Source: Patescibacteria group bacterium
Lineage (GTDB): Bacteria > Patescibacteriota > Minisyncoccia > Phycocordibacterales > UBA9973
Direction of reading: 5' to 3'
Length of the DNA stretch: 38,389 nucleotides
Assembly: GCA_038063915.1 (NCBI GenBank)
Contig: JBBTUE010000003.1
Coordinates: forward strand, 1 to 38,389
Shown here: positions 19,882 through 28,149 of the stretch, in pieces
Layout of the letters: every line of letters starts with the position of its first letter
How positions within the stretch are numbered: the first letter of the stretch is position 1
Translations under genes and position numbers: made by a program
Notes under the pieces: generated by a model
Database searches by the model: none
What the model was told of the DNA's origin: nothing
The model's input: only the letters and a program-made list of their open reading frames with translations

Positions 19882-19902
19882 AAAAGAAAAAACCAACAAC
19901 TT

Positions 19903-20670
19903 ATGGGAAAGCAAATGCGTAAGGGTGACTGCTTTTTTATGGATAGTACAACCCCAACCGAAGAAATTAGAGATCTGATTCGGTACCTACTTTTGGAGTG
20001 TCGGGACGGTTGTGATTGGAAATTAGCAAAATTTCTTTTACAAAAAGAAGATTTTCTAATCGAGGACTTCTTCCTCCTATTCCGCTATTTTGACGGAATT
20101 AACTTTGGAGATGAACTTAATAAAGACATCCTATCCTGGGCAAAGACGACCTGGGGAAAATTAAAATTGAGAGGTTTATCAAGCGAAGAGCTGATCATGT
20201 TCACCCGGTTTTATTTTATAGATATTGCATCCGATGCTTGGGACTTGCTCAAAAAAAGAGATTTGGACAAAAAAAGTTTGTTATCTATAATTATTTACTG
20301 CAAACATAGCCAGGCCGAACATGCCTTTAAAGAAATTGGTAACTCCATAGACGAGACTAATTTAACCAGCGAAGAGATATCTTACCTATTTCATCGAATT
20401 GTATCGGACACAACTCCCGAAGGATTAAGAATTTTATATTTTCACTTATTCAAAAAACAAGACAGAGTGATAAAAAAATTCGGGAATACCACCCTCAGAT
20501 GTGTTTGCTTGAAGTCATATAATAGCCAGCCTAATATATATTTCATCATTTCAACATCAAACGGTGGAATGATAACCTGCCCAGGGATAAGATATCCCAC
20601 ATGGAGCCATATTAATCCCGATGGGTTATCTGCAGATAGGATACTGCAAAGCCCTATAGTTGCAAGTTAA
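19903..20670 (+). CDS. Hypothetical protein with probable alpha-helical repeats
   Basis: 255-aa Leu-rich ORF with recurring (A)W..L....L..EEL/I..-type units; has its own promoter and terminator. Confidence 0.7.
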   Translation: MGKQMRKGDCFFMDSTTPTEEIRDLIRYLLLECRDGCDWKLAKFLLQKEDFLIEDFFLLFRYFDGINFGDELNKDILSWAKTTWGKLKLRGLSSEELIMFTRFYFIDIASDAWDLLKKRDLDKKSLLSIIIYCKHSQAEHAFKEIGNSIDETNLTSEEISYLFHRIVSDTTPEGLRILYFHLFKKQDRVIKKFGNTTLRCVCLKSYNSQPNIYFIISTSNGGMITCPGIRYPTWSHINPDGLSADRILQSPIVAS

Positions 20671-20691
20671 CCTCAAAGAATTTATATAGAG

Positions 20692-20721
20692 ATAGTCCAC
20701 GCGTTATGTGGACTATTTTTT
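20692..20721 (+). terminator. Intrinsic terminator between orphan 19903 and smc
   Basis: atagtccac-gcgttat-gtggactat followed by a T-tract. Confidence 0.8.
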
Positions 20722-22984
20722 ATTTCGCATATGCGCTGGCGTCTTCGAGGTGAATTGAGAGAAGTTTTGATACTCCGGATGCATCCATGGTTACTCCATA
20801 GAGGACATTGGCGCGAGACATTGTCTCGCGGTTATGTGTTACTACTATGAGTTGTGAATACTTGGATAGATTCTCAAGCATATCTCCGTACTTGCGCGAG
20901 TTTGCTTCATCGAGGGCTGCATCCGTCTCATCTAGGACTAGGAACGGTGGTGGGTTGACTTGAGATATAGCAAAGAGAAGTGCGATAGATGCGAGCGAGC
21001 GCTCACCGCCGGATAGCATATGTAAATCCTTGACCTTCTTGTGGGGCAAAGTAACATTGATTTCAATCCCGCGCTCAAATCCTGGCTCCTCATCTTCAAG
21101 TTCTTCTTCATTAATTTCAATATCTTCATCGTCATTCTTTGCTCTTCCTCTTTTCTCGGCCATGACAACAGATAAGAAAGCTGACCCACCACCGAACATA
21201 AGCGAAAAAAATTCTTGAAATTGTTTATTTATCTTATGAACTCCTTCCTTGAATTCTGTATCTAGTGTTTCTTTTAATTCTTGAATAAGCAGACGCAAAG
21301 ATTCGACGCTCTTGGTCAAATCTGTGACTTCCCTACCTAGAAACAAATCACGCTCCTCTGTGTCTTTATATTCTTTGAGCACATCAGACCCACTGCCCGA
21401 GCCTGCATCCTCGAGTTTAATCTTTATGCGTTCAATTTTGCGGCGAGTGTCTTCTTGAGCTTGTCTACTGATACTATTATCAGTCTCTATGCCAGAGTAA
21501 TCTGTGACTTCTCTACCTATTAGAGCTCCAGCTTCAGCTAGCTCCATCTCAAATGCATTCTTGATAAGCAAGAGCTTTTCTTCTTCAAAATGAAGTGAGT
21601 GCTGATTTGAAGTAACTTCATTCTTGTCGCGAAGAGCCTCGTACAACACTTTCTCGCTCGAGCGTAGATGTATTTGCATCTCTTGCTCACGGATACGAAG
21701 TGTAGATATTTCGGAGAGTATTGACTCCTCATTTTCAGATATTTTTTCTAAGTCAGCGACAATTTTATCTCTGACGCTTTTCATCTCTTCATATTCTTTG
21801 TTTGCCGAGTTTTCTGTTGAATCTACTTTTGAACTTTTCTTTGTATCTAGTGTACTTATCTGCTCCCTCATCTGGTGGAGAACTCGAGTAACTTCTGCCA
21901 AATCTTCCAATCGAAGTGCTTCGTCAATCTTATCTTTAATCCCTGCGACTATACTTCGCCATTCCTTCTCAGGAATGACTTTCTCCCCTTCCTCACTACT
22001 GCGAGAGAGACTTTTTTCTATGGACTCTATAATACCTTCTATGCGACCAAGCTTGCGAACAAGCTCATCTTTCATAGAGCGAAGACCGACGATTTTAGCG
22101 TCATATTCTTTTATTTTTCTTCCATGCTCGCTTTCAACCTCGTCCTTTTTTGTATCTTTTTCTAGATTTGCGATTCGCGCATCAAGTACTTTCATACTAG
22201 AGTCTAGATTACGACGAAGTTCAGCCAACCTCTTCCCTTCAATATTTATATATGTCGACTCGGCAGAAAAGTATACTTTATAGAGCTCGCGTAGTTCTTT
22301 GCGCATCTCTTCTGCTTTCTCAATTATTTGCACCTGCTTCTTTAAAAATACGAGATGTGGAGCAAGCTCTCTACGAGAAGCTTGGGCTTCTTTCATATTT
22401 ATAATTGTTTTATCGAGTTTGCGCTCGGATTCCCTGATACGATATTGATATATTTTGAGTCCGAGCGCGTCTTCAATCATAGATCTGCGATCTTTATTCG
22501 AAGCATTCAATACTCGATCAGCTTCACCTTGTGAGATTATATGGTGCCCAGAGCTACCAATATTAACCGATGAAAGTAAATCTATTACATCTTTGAGTCT
22601 TACCTCAGTATCATTGATACTATATTTATTTATACCGTCAGTGAACACTTCGCGTCCAATTTTTACCTCATCATAATCAAGTGACACTCCCAGACCACTA
22701 TTTGTAAAGGAAAATATCTTCTTGCTATTATCAAAAGTTATATACACTTCGGCATGACTAGCTGACGGGACACCTTTAGACCCCTTAAATATCAAATCTA
22801 CCCCACCTTTACCACGCAGTGACTTCATAGATTGTTCGCCTAGGACAAACCTGATAGCTTCGACAATATTCGACTTACCAGAACCATTAGGCCCCACGAT
22901 AGACACGATGGGATTTGTAAATGACACTAGGCTCTTGCGACCAAATGATTTAAATCCATTGAGTTCAATAGACCGGAGAGTCAT
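20720..22984 (-). CDS. smc: Shortened SMC-family ATPase (754 aa, no recognisable hinge)
   Basis: Walker A GPNGSGKSN, ISQGE Q-loop, LSGGERSL signature, LVLDETDAALDEAN, VVTHN; directly downstream of rnc. Confidence 0.9.
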   Translation of the reverse strand: MTLRSIELNGFKSFGRKSLVSFTNPIVSIVGPNGSGKSNIVEAIRFVLGEQSMKSLRGKGGVDLIFKGSKGVPSASHAEVYITFDNSKKIFSFTNSGLGVSLDYDEVKIGREVFTDGINKYSINDTEVRLKDVIDLLSSVNIGSSGHHIISQGEADRVLNASNKDRRSMIEDALGLKIYQYRIRESERKLDKTIINMKEAQASRRELAPHLVFLKKQVQIIEKAEEMRKELRELYKVYFSAESTYINIEGKRLAELRRNLDSSMKVLDARIANLEKDTKKDEVESEHGRKIKEYDAKIVGLRSMKDELVRKLGRIEGIIESIEKSLSRSSEEGEKVIPEKEWRSIVAGIKDKIDEALRLEDLAEVTRVLHQMREQISTLDTKKSSKVDSTENSANKEYEEMKSVRDKIVADLEKISENEESILSEISTLRIREQEMQIHLRSSEKVLYEALRDKNEVTSNQHSLHFEEEKLLLIKNAFEMELAEAGALIGREVTDYSGIETDNSISRQAQEDTRRKIERIKIKLEDAGSGSGSDVLKEYKDTEERDLFLGREVTDLTKSVESLRLLIQELKETLDTEFKEGVHKINKQFQEFFSLMFGGGSAFLSVVMAEKRGRAKNDDEDIEINEEELEDEEPGFERGIEINVTLPHKKVKDLHMLSGGERSLASIALLFAISQVNPPPFLVLDETDAALDEANSRKYGDMLENLSKYSQLIVVTHNRETMSRANVLYGVTMDASGVSKLLSIHLEDASAYAK

Positions 22985-22986
22985 AA

Positions 22987-23682
22987 TTAATCGAGCCAGT
23001 CTTTAACTGCTAATGCATTACTAGCGGAATCTTGCTCAGCTTCTTGTTTTGATTTACCCTTACCTTCGGCAATACAGTCATCGCCGAAAAATACACCGAT
23101 AGTGAAATGCTTGTCGTGGTCGGGTCCGGATTCACTGATAACCTTGTAGGCTGGTGTTATGCCTAAATATTCTTGAGCCTTTTCTTGAACCAAACTCTTT
23201 GCGTCGCGCCACAATTTCTTGGCGACGATGGTATCTATTTTAATAAATAGAGTCTTGGCGATAAAGTCTCGAGCAACGTTGTATCCTTGGTCTATATATA
23301 CTGCACCTACATAAGCTTCGTAGGTATTGGCAAGTATAAAACTTCGAGCACGACCCGCGTCTTTAGCTTCACCTTTTGATAAAAGTAAATAATCATTCAT
23401 ACCGAGCGCCTGTGCTACTTCACCGATAATTACAGCGTTGACCAAGGCTGATCTATAAGCTGTCAGCTCGCCTTCATCACGATCAGGATATTTATTGTAA
23501 AGATAGTCAGTCACGATAAGCTCGAGGACTGCGTCTCCTAAAAATTCCAGACGCTCATTGTGTGAAATCTTTAAACCAGTATTTTCATTAATATAGGAAC
23601 GGTGAATAAAAGCCTGCTCTAGAAGCTTTTTATCTTTAAATATTATCTTTGTTTTCTCCTCAAATAATGATAGGTCAACCAT
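22987..23682 (-). CDS. rnc: Ribonuclease III
   Basis: HNERLEFLGDAVLEL, NTYEAYVGAVYID, dsRBD with GPDHDKHF and GKGKSKQEAEQ. Confidence 0.97.
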   Translation of the reverse strand: MVDLSLFEEKTKIIFKDKKLLEQAFIHRSYINENTGLKISHNERLEFLGDAVLELIVTDYLYNKYPDRDEGELTAYRSALVNAVIIGEVAQALGMNDYLLLSKGEAKDAGRARSFILANTYEAYVGAVYIDQGYNVARDFIAKTLFIKIDTIVAKKLWRDAKSLVQEKAQEYLGITPAYKVISESGPDHDKHFTIGVFFGDDCIAEGKGKSKQEAEQDSASNALAVKDWLD

Positions 23683-23688
23683 AAATTA

Positions 23689-24597
23689 TTATGACTTTGT
23701 TAGTATCTCTACAGCCTTTGTCAGAAGTGGGATCATATTCTCATACATCTTTAGATTTGCGACTTCTTCAAGCGGGAACCAACGCGCGTCATCGAGCCCA
23801 CCAGTACCTTTTTCAAGTACTATATCTTTATACTCGGACTCTCCTAAGAAGAATATGACTTGTTTACGAATCTTGCCTTTCTCTGGATGTGAGGCGATAT
23901 ACTCATTGCGACCAAGTAATTCTTTGATTTTCATATCGAGACCCATTTCTTCTTTTATCTCACGAATTGCACCCTCTTCTTCATTTTCACCTTCTTCTAT
24001 CCCTCCCTTAGAAAGAGTCCAGTACCCAAATACATCATGCACGAAAGCAAAATAAATATTACCATCATGCATGGCGTATACAACTGCACCGGCTTTTTTC
24101 TCTATTGGGAATTTTGCAGGATCAGTCTCAAAAAATACTGCTTTCTTCTTATTCTTACCCACGTCATCTTTGCCAGGCTCACCTATCTCTTTGTATACTC
24201 CACCGAGAACTCCATTTATAAACTTACTTGAATTCTCTCCACCAAAACTTTTGGCGAGCTCTATGGATTCATTTATCGCAACCTTTGGAGGAACTTGAGC
24301 GCGGTCACCAAATAACAACTCATAGAGTCCAATCCGAAGAATATTGCGATCAACTATTGATATCTTATCGATGGGCCAATCTGGAGCTGCTTTCTCTATA
24401 ATCTCATCAATAATTGTCCTCTTCTTTACCACTCCAAGGAAAAGCTCGCTCATGAAAGATGAGTCATCAAGCCCTGGTCCAAATTCTACAATATTTCGAG
24501 CAAGCATTTGCTCGGGAGTCATATCTTTCTCAGCCCCAAAATCCCACTCAAAGAGTGTTTGAAGAACAATTGAACGTGAAAGGTGCCGATTTGCCAT
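23689..24597 (-). CDS. nusB: Transcription antitermination factor NusB fused to a C-terminal Nudix hydrolase
   Basis: RHLSRSIVLQTLF, DRNILRIGLYEL, VAINESIELAKSFGGENSSKFINGVL; then an intact Nudix box GGIEEGENEEEGAIREIKEEMG. Confidence 0.93.
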   Translation of the reverse strand: MANRHLSRSIVLQTLFEWDFGAEKDMTPEQMLARNIVEFGPGLDDSSFMSELFLGVVKKRTIIDEIIEKAAPDWPIDKISIVDRNILRIGLYELLFGDRAQVPPKVAINESIELAKSFGGENSSKFINGVLGGVYKEIGEPGKDDVGKNKKKAVFFETDPAKFPIEKKAGAVVYAMHDGNIYFAFVHDVFGYWTLSKGGIEEGENEEEGAIREIKEEMGLDMKIKELLGRNEYIASHPEKGKIRKQVIFFLGESEYKDIVLEKGTGGLDDARWFPLEEVANLKMYENMIPLLTKAVEILTKS

Positions 24598-24610
24598 AAA
24601 TATAAGGAGT

Positions 24611-24674
24611 AACTAGGTTCTAGTTGCTAGGGACTAGAGAATCTAGAACCCAAGAACTAACACCTAGAAACTAA
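24611..24674. repeat. Degenerate 7-bp periodic CTAG/CTAA repeat between rpmF and nusB
   Basis: Cores start at 24613, 24620, 24627, 24634, 24643, (24650 ccaa), 24657, 24664 and 24671. Confidence 0.75.
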
Positions 24675-24889
24675 TTCTTCTTAGCTTTCGCTTTAGCCTG
24701 CTTCTTCTCTACCTTCTTTACTACATCTACGACTTTGCGTCCACGATAAAAACCGCAATTCTTGCAGACTATATGAGTCTCCTTAGCCTGCTTGCAGTTT
24801 GAACATGTAGCAAAAGTCTTCGCTTTTAGCGCGTGATGACTTCTCCTGTTCCCTGTGTGGGAACGTGTGTGTCGCATTCGTATAACCAT
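24671..24889 (-). CDS. rpmF: 50S ribosomal protein L32 (Zn-ribbon type)
   Basis: RRSHHAL...CSNC...HIVCKNCGFYRGRKV. Confidence 0.95.
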   Translation of the reverse strand: MVIRMRHTRSHTGNRRSHHALKAKTFATCSNCKQAKETHIVCKNCGFYRGRKVVDVVKKVEKKQAKAKAKKN

Positions 24890-24921
24890 ATAGATAGTAT
24901 AGCTATTTTTCGAAAATATGC

Positions 24922-24960
24922 AAATAAATAACCCAAACGTTGTTAAGACGTTCGGGTTAT
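24922..24960 (-). terminator. Intrinsic terminator after the Nudix-like orphan
   Basis: Minus strand ATAACCCGAACGT-CTTAACA-ACGTTTGGGTTAT-TTATTT (one G-U pair). Confidence 0.8.
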
Positions 24961-24973
24961 CAGTATTATATTA

Positions 24974-25705
24974 TTATATTGGATTAGTAGAAGTCCAATA
25001 TTCCTTTAGCTCACTAACTCTTGGGTGAAGATTCCCTTCAATGGCTTCACGCATAGCGCTTTGCAACAAATTTCCATGATGGGCTGATTTTGATGCGAAG
25101 AGCTTCTTATAAATCTCTCCAACTGGCTTCCAATGAGAAAGCCAAATATCACCGTCACCAGAACCCTGGTAGAAATCAGGAGCTTTGACTTTAACAGAAA
25201 CGAACCCGCATTTTTCGTGGCCATTACTTAACCGGTAAACTGACATCGGTATAAGCTTACCAACTTCGGAGGCATTCGTCTCCAGGATAAATTTCCTGGT
25301 CATTGTTTCCTCCCGGGATTTGTAAGAAATTTTTTCAATCAAATCTTCATCGACTTTGATCGACTCCATGGTTGCGATAACCTCATCAAGCTTATGTCCG
25401 AAGAATTTATTCTTTTCGTGTCTTTCTTTATAATTATTGATCGACTCTTTAAAAGAAGACTCAATCCCCCTTACCTGATCAATAATCGTATGAAAAACAC
25501 TTTCTTCGTATTTTGTATTTTCTTCTTTAACCTTATTAATCGCATTCAGGATATCTTCAAATGTTACTGTACCACCGGGTAATCTTTTTTGATTTACTCC
25601 ATAATCGTTGTACTCAACGAGTAAGACCTCAGGTGCTACATTATCAAGAAAACGAAACGCAGCTCCGAGACAAGCGTAATTCAGATTAAATAAATTAAAT
25701 CTCAT
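24974..25705 (-). CDS. Divergent Nudix-fold protein with a split, degenerate Nudix box
   Basis: VLLVEY...LPGGTV, then ~80 aa of helical sequence, then REETMTRKFILET. Start placed at ATG 25705 behind AAGGAGG (ORF-track start 25744). The ORF is solid; the fold call is tentative. Confidence 0.55.
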   Translation of the reverse strand: MRFNLFNLNYACLGAAFRFLDNVAPEVLLVEYNDYGVNQKRLPGGTVTFEDILNAINKVKEENTKYEESVFHTIIDQVRGIESSFKESINNYKERHEKNKFFGHKLDEVIATMESIKVDEDLIEKISYKSREETMTRKFILETNASEVGKLIPMSVYRLSNGHEKCGFVSVKVKAPDFYQGSGDGDIWLSHWKPVGEIYKKLFASKSAHHGNLLQSAMREAIEGNLHPRVSELKEYWTSTNPI

Positions 25706-25786
25706 ATAATCCCCCTCCTTTCGGGTAGATTTTTTAAAAATCATAGGCTAAATTAAGAGAGCAAATGCCCTCACCTATTTGCGTGT

Positions 25787-25815
25787 ATATTATCACATAT
25801 TTGCCATTTAGTCAA
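25787..25815 (-). promoter_or_regulatory. Sigma70 promoter TTGACT-17-TAATAT for the Nudix-like orphan
   Basis: Direct reading; divergent from thrS. Confidence 0.55.
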
Positions 25816-25862
25816 GTAAATTGCACCCTTACAAAACAAGGCTACTGTGGTATTATAAGGAG

Positions 25863-27611
25863 ATGGAAAATAGTGAACATCTAGCTCATATCCGCCACAC
25901 TCTGGCTCACCTACTCGCCCAAGCAGTCCTTGAGCATTATCCTAGCGCCCTCCTTACTCTTGGCCCTGCTGTAGATAACGGTTTCTATTATGATATTGAT
26001 TTTGGCACAGATAAAGTAAGCGACGAAGATTTGGGAAAAATAAGTAAGACAATGGTAAAGAATCTGTCCAAGTGGACAGAGTTTACTCACAAGGAAGTAA
26101 GTAAGGGCGAGGCTCTGAAATCTTTTGCCGGTAATATATATAAAGCTGAACTTATAAATGAAATTGCAGAACGTGGTGAGAAGATTACCCTTTATACTTG
26201 TGGTGGATTTACGGATTTATGCCGTGGAGGACATACCGAGCATCCAAACAAAGATATATCTCCTGATTCATTTGTCCTTGATCGTATAGCCGGGGCGTAT
26301 TGGCGTGGAAGCGAGGATAATAAAATGCTAACTCGTATATATGGATTGGCTTTTGAAACAAAGAAAGATTTGAATGCCTATAAAATACAACAAGAAGAAG
26401 CAAGGAAGCGTGACCACCGAAAGCTTGGGCGAGAACTAGATCTATTTACTTTCTCTGATTTAGTCGGAGTTGGCATGCCACTTTTCACCCCTCGCGGTAA
26501 TATCGTAAGGGAGCAGATTATAGGATTCTCTCGAGAGCTCAACGATAGCCTCGGCTTTGGTGAAGTTCATACTCCAAATATAAATAAGGCTGAGCTTTTT
26601 AAAATCTCTGGTCATTATGATAAATACAAAGAAGATATGCTTTCTGTTCGTTCTCAATATGTCAGTGATGAAATGTTCTTAAAACCTATGAACTGCCCAC
26701 AGCATACTCAAATATATGCATCAGCGCCACGCAGTTACAGAGACTTACCGATTCGCTATTCTGATTTTGCAGTCCTATATCGTGACGAACGTCCAGGAGA
26801 GATGTCGGGACTGACACGCTTGCGTTCATTCTCCCAAGATGACGGACACATATTCTGTCGTCCAGATCAGGTTGAAGAAGAGATAGGTAGTGTGCTTGGT
26901 GCAATACAAAAAGCATTAGAAGTTTATAAAATTGACTCGTGGATGCGTTTATCCCTGCGCGACCCAAACAATAAAGAGAAATATCTCGGGGATGATGAAA
27001 CTTGGGAAAAATCACAAGCAATCATGAAATCTCTCCTGAAAGAAAAAAATATTGCCCACAAAGAGGCTATCGGTGAAGCAGCTTTCTATGGGCCGAAAAT
27101 CGATATCATGGCAGTTGATGCTATAGGACGAGAATGGCAAATATCAACTATCCAGCTAGACTTTAATCAACCAGCCCGTTTTGAGCTTGTTTACACTGAT
27201 TCTGATGGTAAGCAAAAGACTCCAGTTATGATCCATCGAGCGCTTATTGGCTCACCTGATCGATTTTTGGGTATACTTACAGAGCATTATGCCGGGGCCT
27301 TCCCTACTTGGCTATCTCCAGTGCAAGTATCAATAATCCCAGTGCGAGAAGAACACGAGGACGAAGCTGAGAAAATTTACGCAAAATTAAAAAGCGAATC
27401 TATCCGTGTCGAGAAAATTTCAGGCAATGAATCATTGGGCAAGAGAATACATAAAGCAAAAGATTTTAATGTTCCATATGTAATTATTTTCGGAGATAAA
27501 GAAAAAGAATCTGGCGTCCTTACTATCGAGAAACGTGACGGAAGCAAGATCGAAGTATCGCTCGACGACTTCATCGCTCACATAAAAGAAGAAACTAAAA
27601 ACCGCTCATAA
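25863..27611 (+). CDS. thrS: Threonine--tRNA ligase (no N-terminal TGS domain)
   Basis: HTLAHLLAQAV, DLCRGGH, RDHRKLGRELDLF, LKPMNCPQH, AAFYGPKID, MIHRALIGSPDRF. Start moved to ATG 25863. Confidence 0.97.
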   Translation: MENSEHLAHIRHTLAHLLAQAVLEHYPSALLTLGPAVDNGFYYDIDFGTDKVSDEDLGKISKTMVKNLSKWTEFTHKEVSKGEALKSFAGNIYKAELINEIAERGEKITLYTCGGFTDLCRGGHTEHPNKDISPDSFVLDRIAGAYWRGSEDNKMLTRIYGLAFETKKDLNAYKIQQEEARKRDHRKLGRELDLFTFSDLVGVGMPLFTPRGNIVREQIIGFSRELNDSLGFGEVHTPNINKAELFKISGHYDKYKEDMLSVRSQYVSDEMFLKPMNCPQHTQIYASAPRSYRDLPIRYSDFAVLYRDERPGEMSGLTRLRSFSQDDGHIFCRPDQVEEEIGSVLGAIQKALEVYKIDSWMRLSLRDPNNKEKYLGDDETWEKSQAIMKSLLKEKNIAHKEAIGEAAFYGPKIDIMAVDAIGREWQISTIQLDFNQPARFELVYTDSDGKQKTPVMIHRALIGSPDRFLGILTEHYAGAFPTWLSPVQVSIIPVREEHEDEAEKIYAKLKSESIRVEKISGNESLGKRIHKAKDFNVPYVIIFGDKEKESGVLTIEKRDGSKIEVSLDDFIAHIKEETKNRS

Positions 27612-27639
27612 TTTATTGAAATTAATCTGTACTTTTCCC

Positions 27640-27677
27640 CTGCTCGTAATTTCAGCATATGCTGAAATTACGAGCAG
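27640..27677. repeat. 38-bp perfect loop-less palindrome
   Basis: ctgctcgtaatttcagcat|atgctgaaattacgagcag equals its own reverse complement. Confidence 0.95.
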
Positions 27678-27694
27678 ATGTTAGTATTGAAGAT

Positions 27695-28147
27695 TTAAAC
27701 TAAATAGACAATTTCTAAACCTAGCTGTTTGGCTTGATCATGTTCCCAATTTGCACCCTTTGAAGTCTCCCAACCTTTTATAAAATACAGGGTTGTAATT
27801 TTTCCTGATTTAAATATTGGTAAATAAAAATCTTCTAATATACTTTTAACTCCTTCAGTAACAGTTTTCTTTAACTCCTGCATAGGCCATTCAAATGGAA
27901 TCTGGTCAAATATTATCTTCCCTTCTTCTTGGAGTATGCGCACTGTTTCGTCAAACTTTTTTAGATTCGCTTCTACTGATCCAAGACCTCCTGTTGCAAT
28001 TGGTCCACATACTTGCCCTATGTCCTCTGGCATTCTATCAAGCACTTGATGTGCAATTTTATATAAATCCTTGAAATTTTTAGCTTTTTGTAAATCTTTA
28101 TAATTTTCTTCTGTCCAATACTTTGCTGTGTGAGGGTTATCGATCAT
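27695..28147 (-). CDS. DUF4406/nucleoside 2-deoxyribosyltransferase-like protein
   Basis: VCGPIATGG...NLKKF and FIKGWETSKGANWEHDQAKQLGLEI match the family pattern as recalled; starts 2 nt after the gyrB stop. Confidence 0.65.
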   Translation of the reverse strand: MIDNPHTAKYWTEENYKDLQKAKNFKDLYKIAHQVLDRMPEDIGQVCGPIATGGLGSVEANLKKFDETVRILQEEGKIIFDQIPFEWPMQELKKTVTEGVKSILEDFYLPIFKSGKITTLYFIKGWETSKGANWEHDQAKQLGLEIVYLV

Positions 28148-28149
28148 AG

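Noticed and set aside
21624-22283. 219-aa plus-strand ORF and other long ORFs opposite smc, rnr, gyrB, trmD and nusB
   Set aside because: Ser/Leu/Phe-rich mirror translations fully overlapping well-supported genes.
25821-25862. ORF-track starts 25821 (thrS), 25744, 10840 and 36690; AAGGAG as the thrS Shine-Dalgarno
   Set aside because: The extensions are non-homologous or overlap promoter elements. The AAGGAG sits between the -10 and the inferred TSS, so it is probably not transcribed.
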